Of a stretch of DNA of 44,881 nucleotides, positions 44,741 through 44,881 are shown in pieces. The number at the start of each line of letters is the position of its first letter. The first letter of the stretch is position 1. Under the pieces are notes generated by a model. That model did not search any database and was not told where the DNA came from. It saw only the letters and a program-made list of their open reading frames with translations. The translations under genes were made by a program, and so were the position numbers. This stretch comes from a phage, in the sequence record PV730301.1, one strand, 5' to 3'.

Positions 44741-44881
44741 ATGGCAGACGTATTGAAACGACGCATCACCGGCGTCTCCGCTGACGCCCCTGGTGCCAAG
44801 ATTGACATGGCGACTATTTCTCCTGCGTCTTTTTCTACCCCACTTAACGCTACTACCGAGGTTACCGCACCCGCCGCATTG
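44741..44881 (+). CDS. Ig-like domain virion protein, 5' portion (continues at window start 2..331)
   Basis: ATG with GAGGA RBS; reading frame continues through the terminal repeat. Confidence 0.55.
   Translation, partial: MADVLKRRITGVSADAPGAKIDMATISPASFSTPLNATTEVTAPAAL

Overview
The window is a complete tailed dsDNA phage genome: the first 127 bp are identical to the last 127 bp (1..127 = 44755..44881), so the unique sequence is about 44.75 kb, closed circularly or terminally redundant. Organisation is siphovirus-like. Plus strand: terminase small/large, portal, head-morphogenesis protein, Ig-like proteins, Rz/Rz1 spanins, scaffold, major capsid, neck and major tail proteins, tail chaperones, tape measure, tail tip proteins and a beta-helix tailspike. 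Minus strand (15.7-29.1 kb): a replication module with Toprim protein, SNF2-like helicase, C5 DNA methyltransferase, VRR-NUC, two HNH endonucleases, family-A DNA polymerase, DUF2815 and DUF2800 proteins and a primase/helicase. A plus-strand early region (29.5-36.6 kb) holds many small ORFs, an HslV/proteasome-like peptidase, and the holin/endolysin genes. No integrase or recombinase was seen, so a virulent lifestyle is likely. The layout resembles enterobacterial siphoviruses, but taxonomy cannot be confirmed without a search. Most notable non-coding signals: a reused quasi-palindromic promoter/operator element at seven or more operon starts, a lambda PR'-like late promoter-leader-terminator unit upstream of the spanin/capsid operon, and a 450-bp structured control region. 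Other points: a shared C-terminal VTEEDLE-type tail on three replication proteins, an ORF interrupted by an in-frame TAG, and an early minus-strand operon inserted inside the tail module. All functional calls rest on motif recognition and gene order by eye; no database search was run, and non-coding coordinates are approximate to a few bp.
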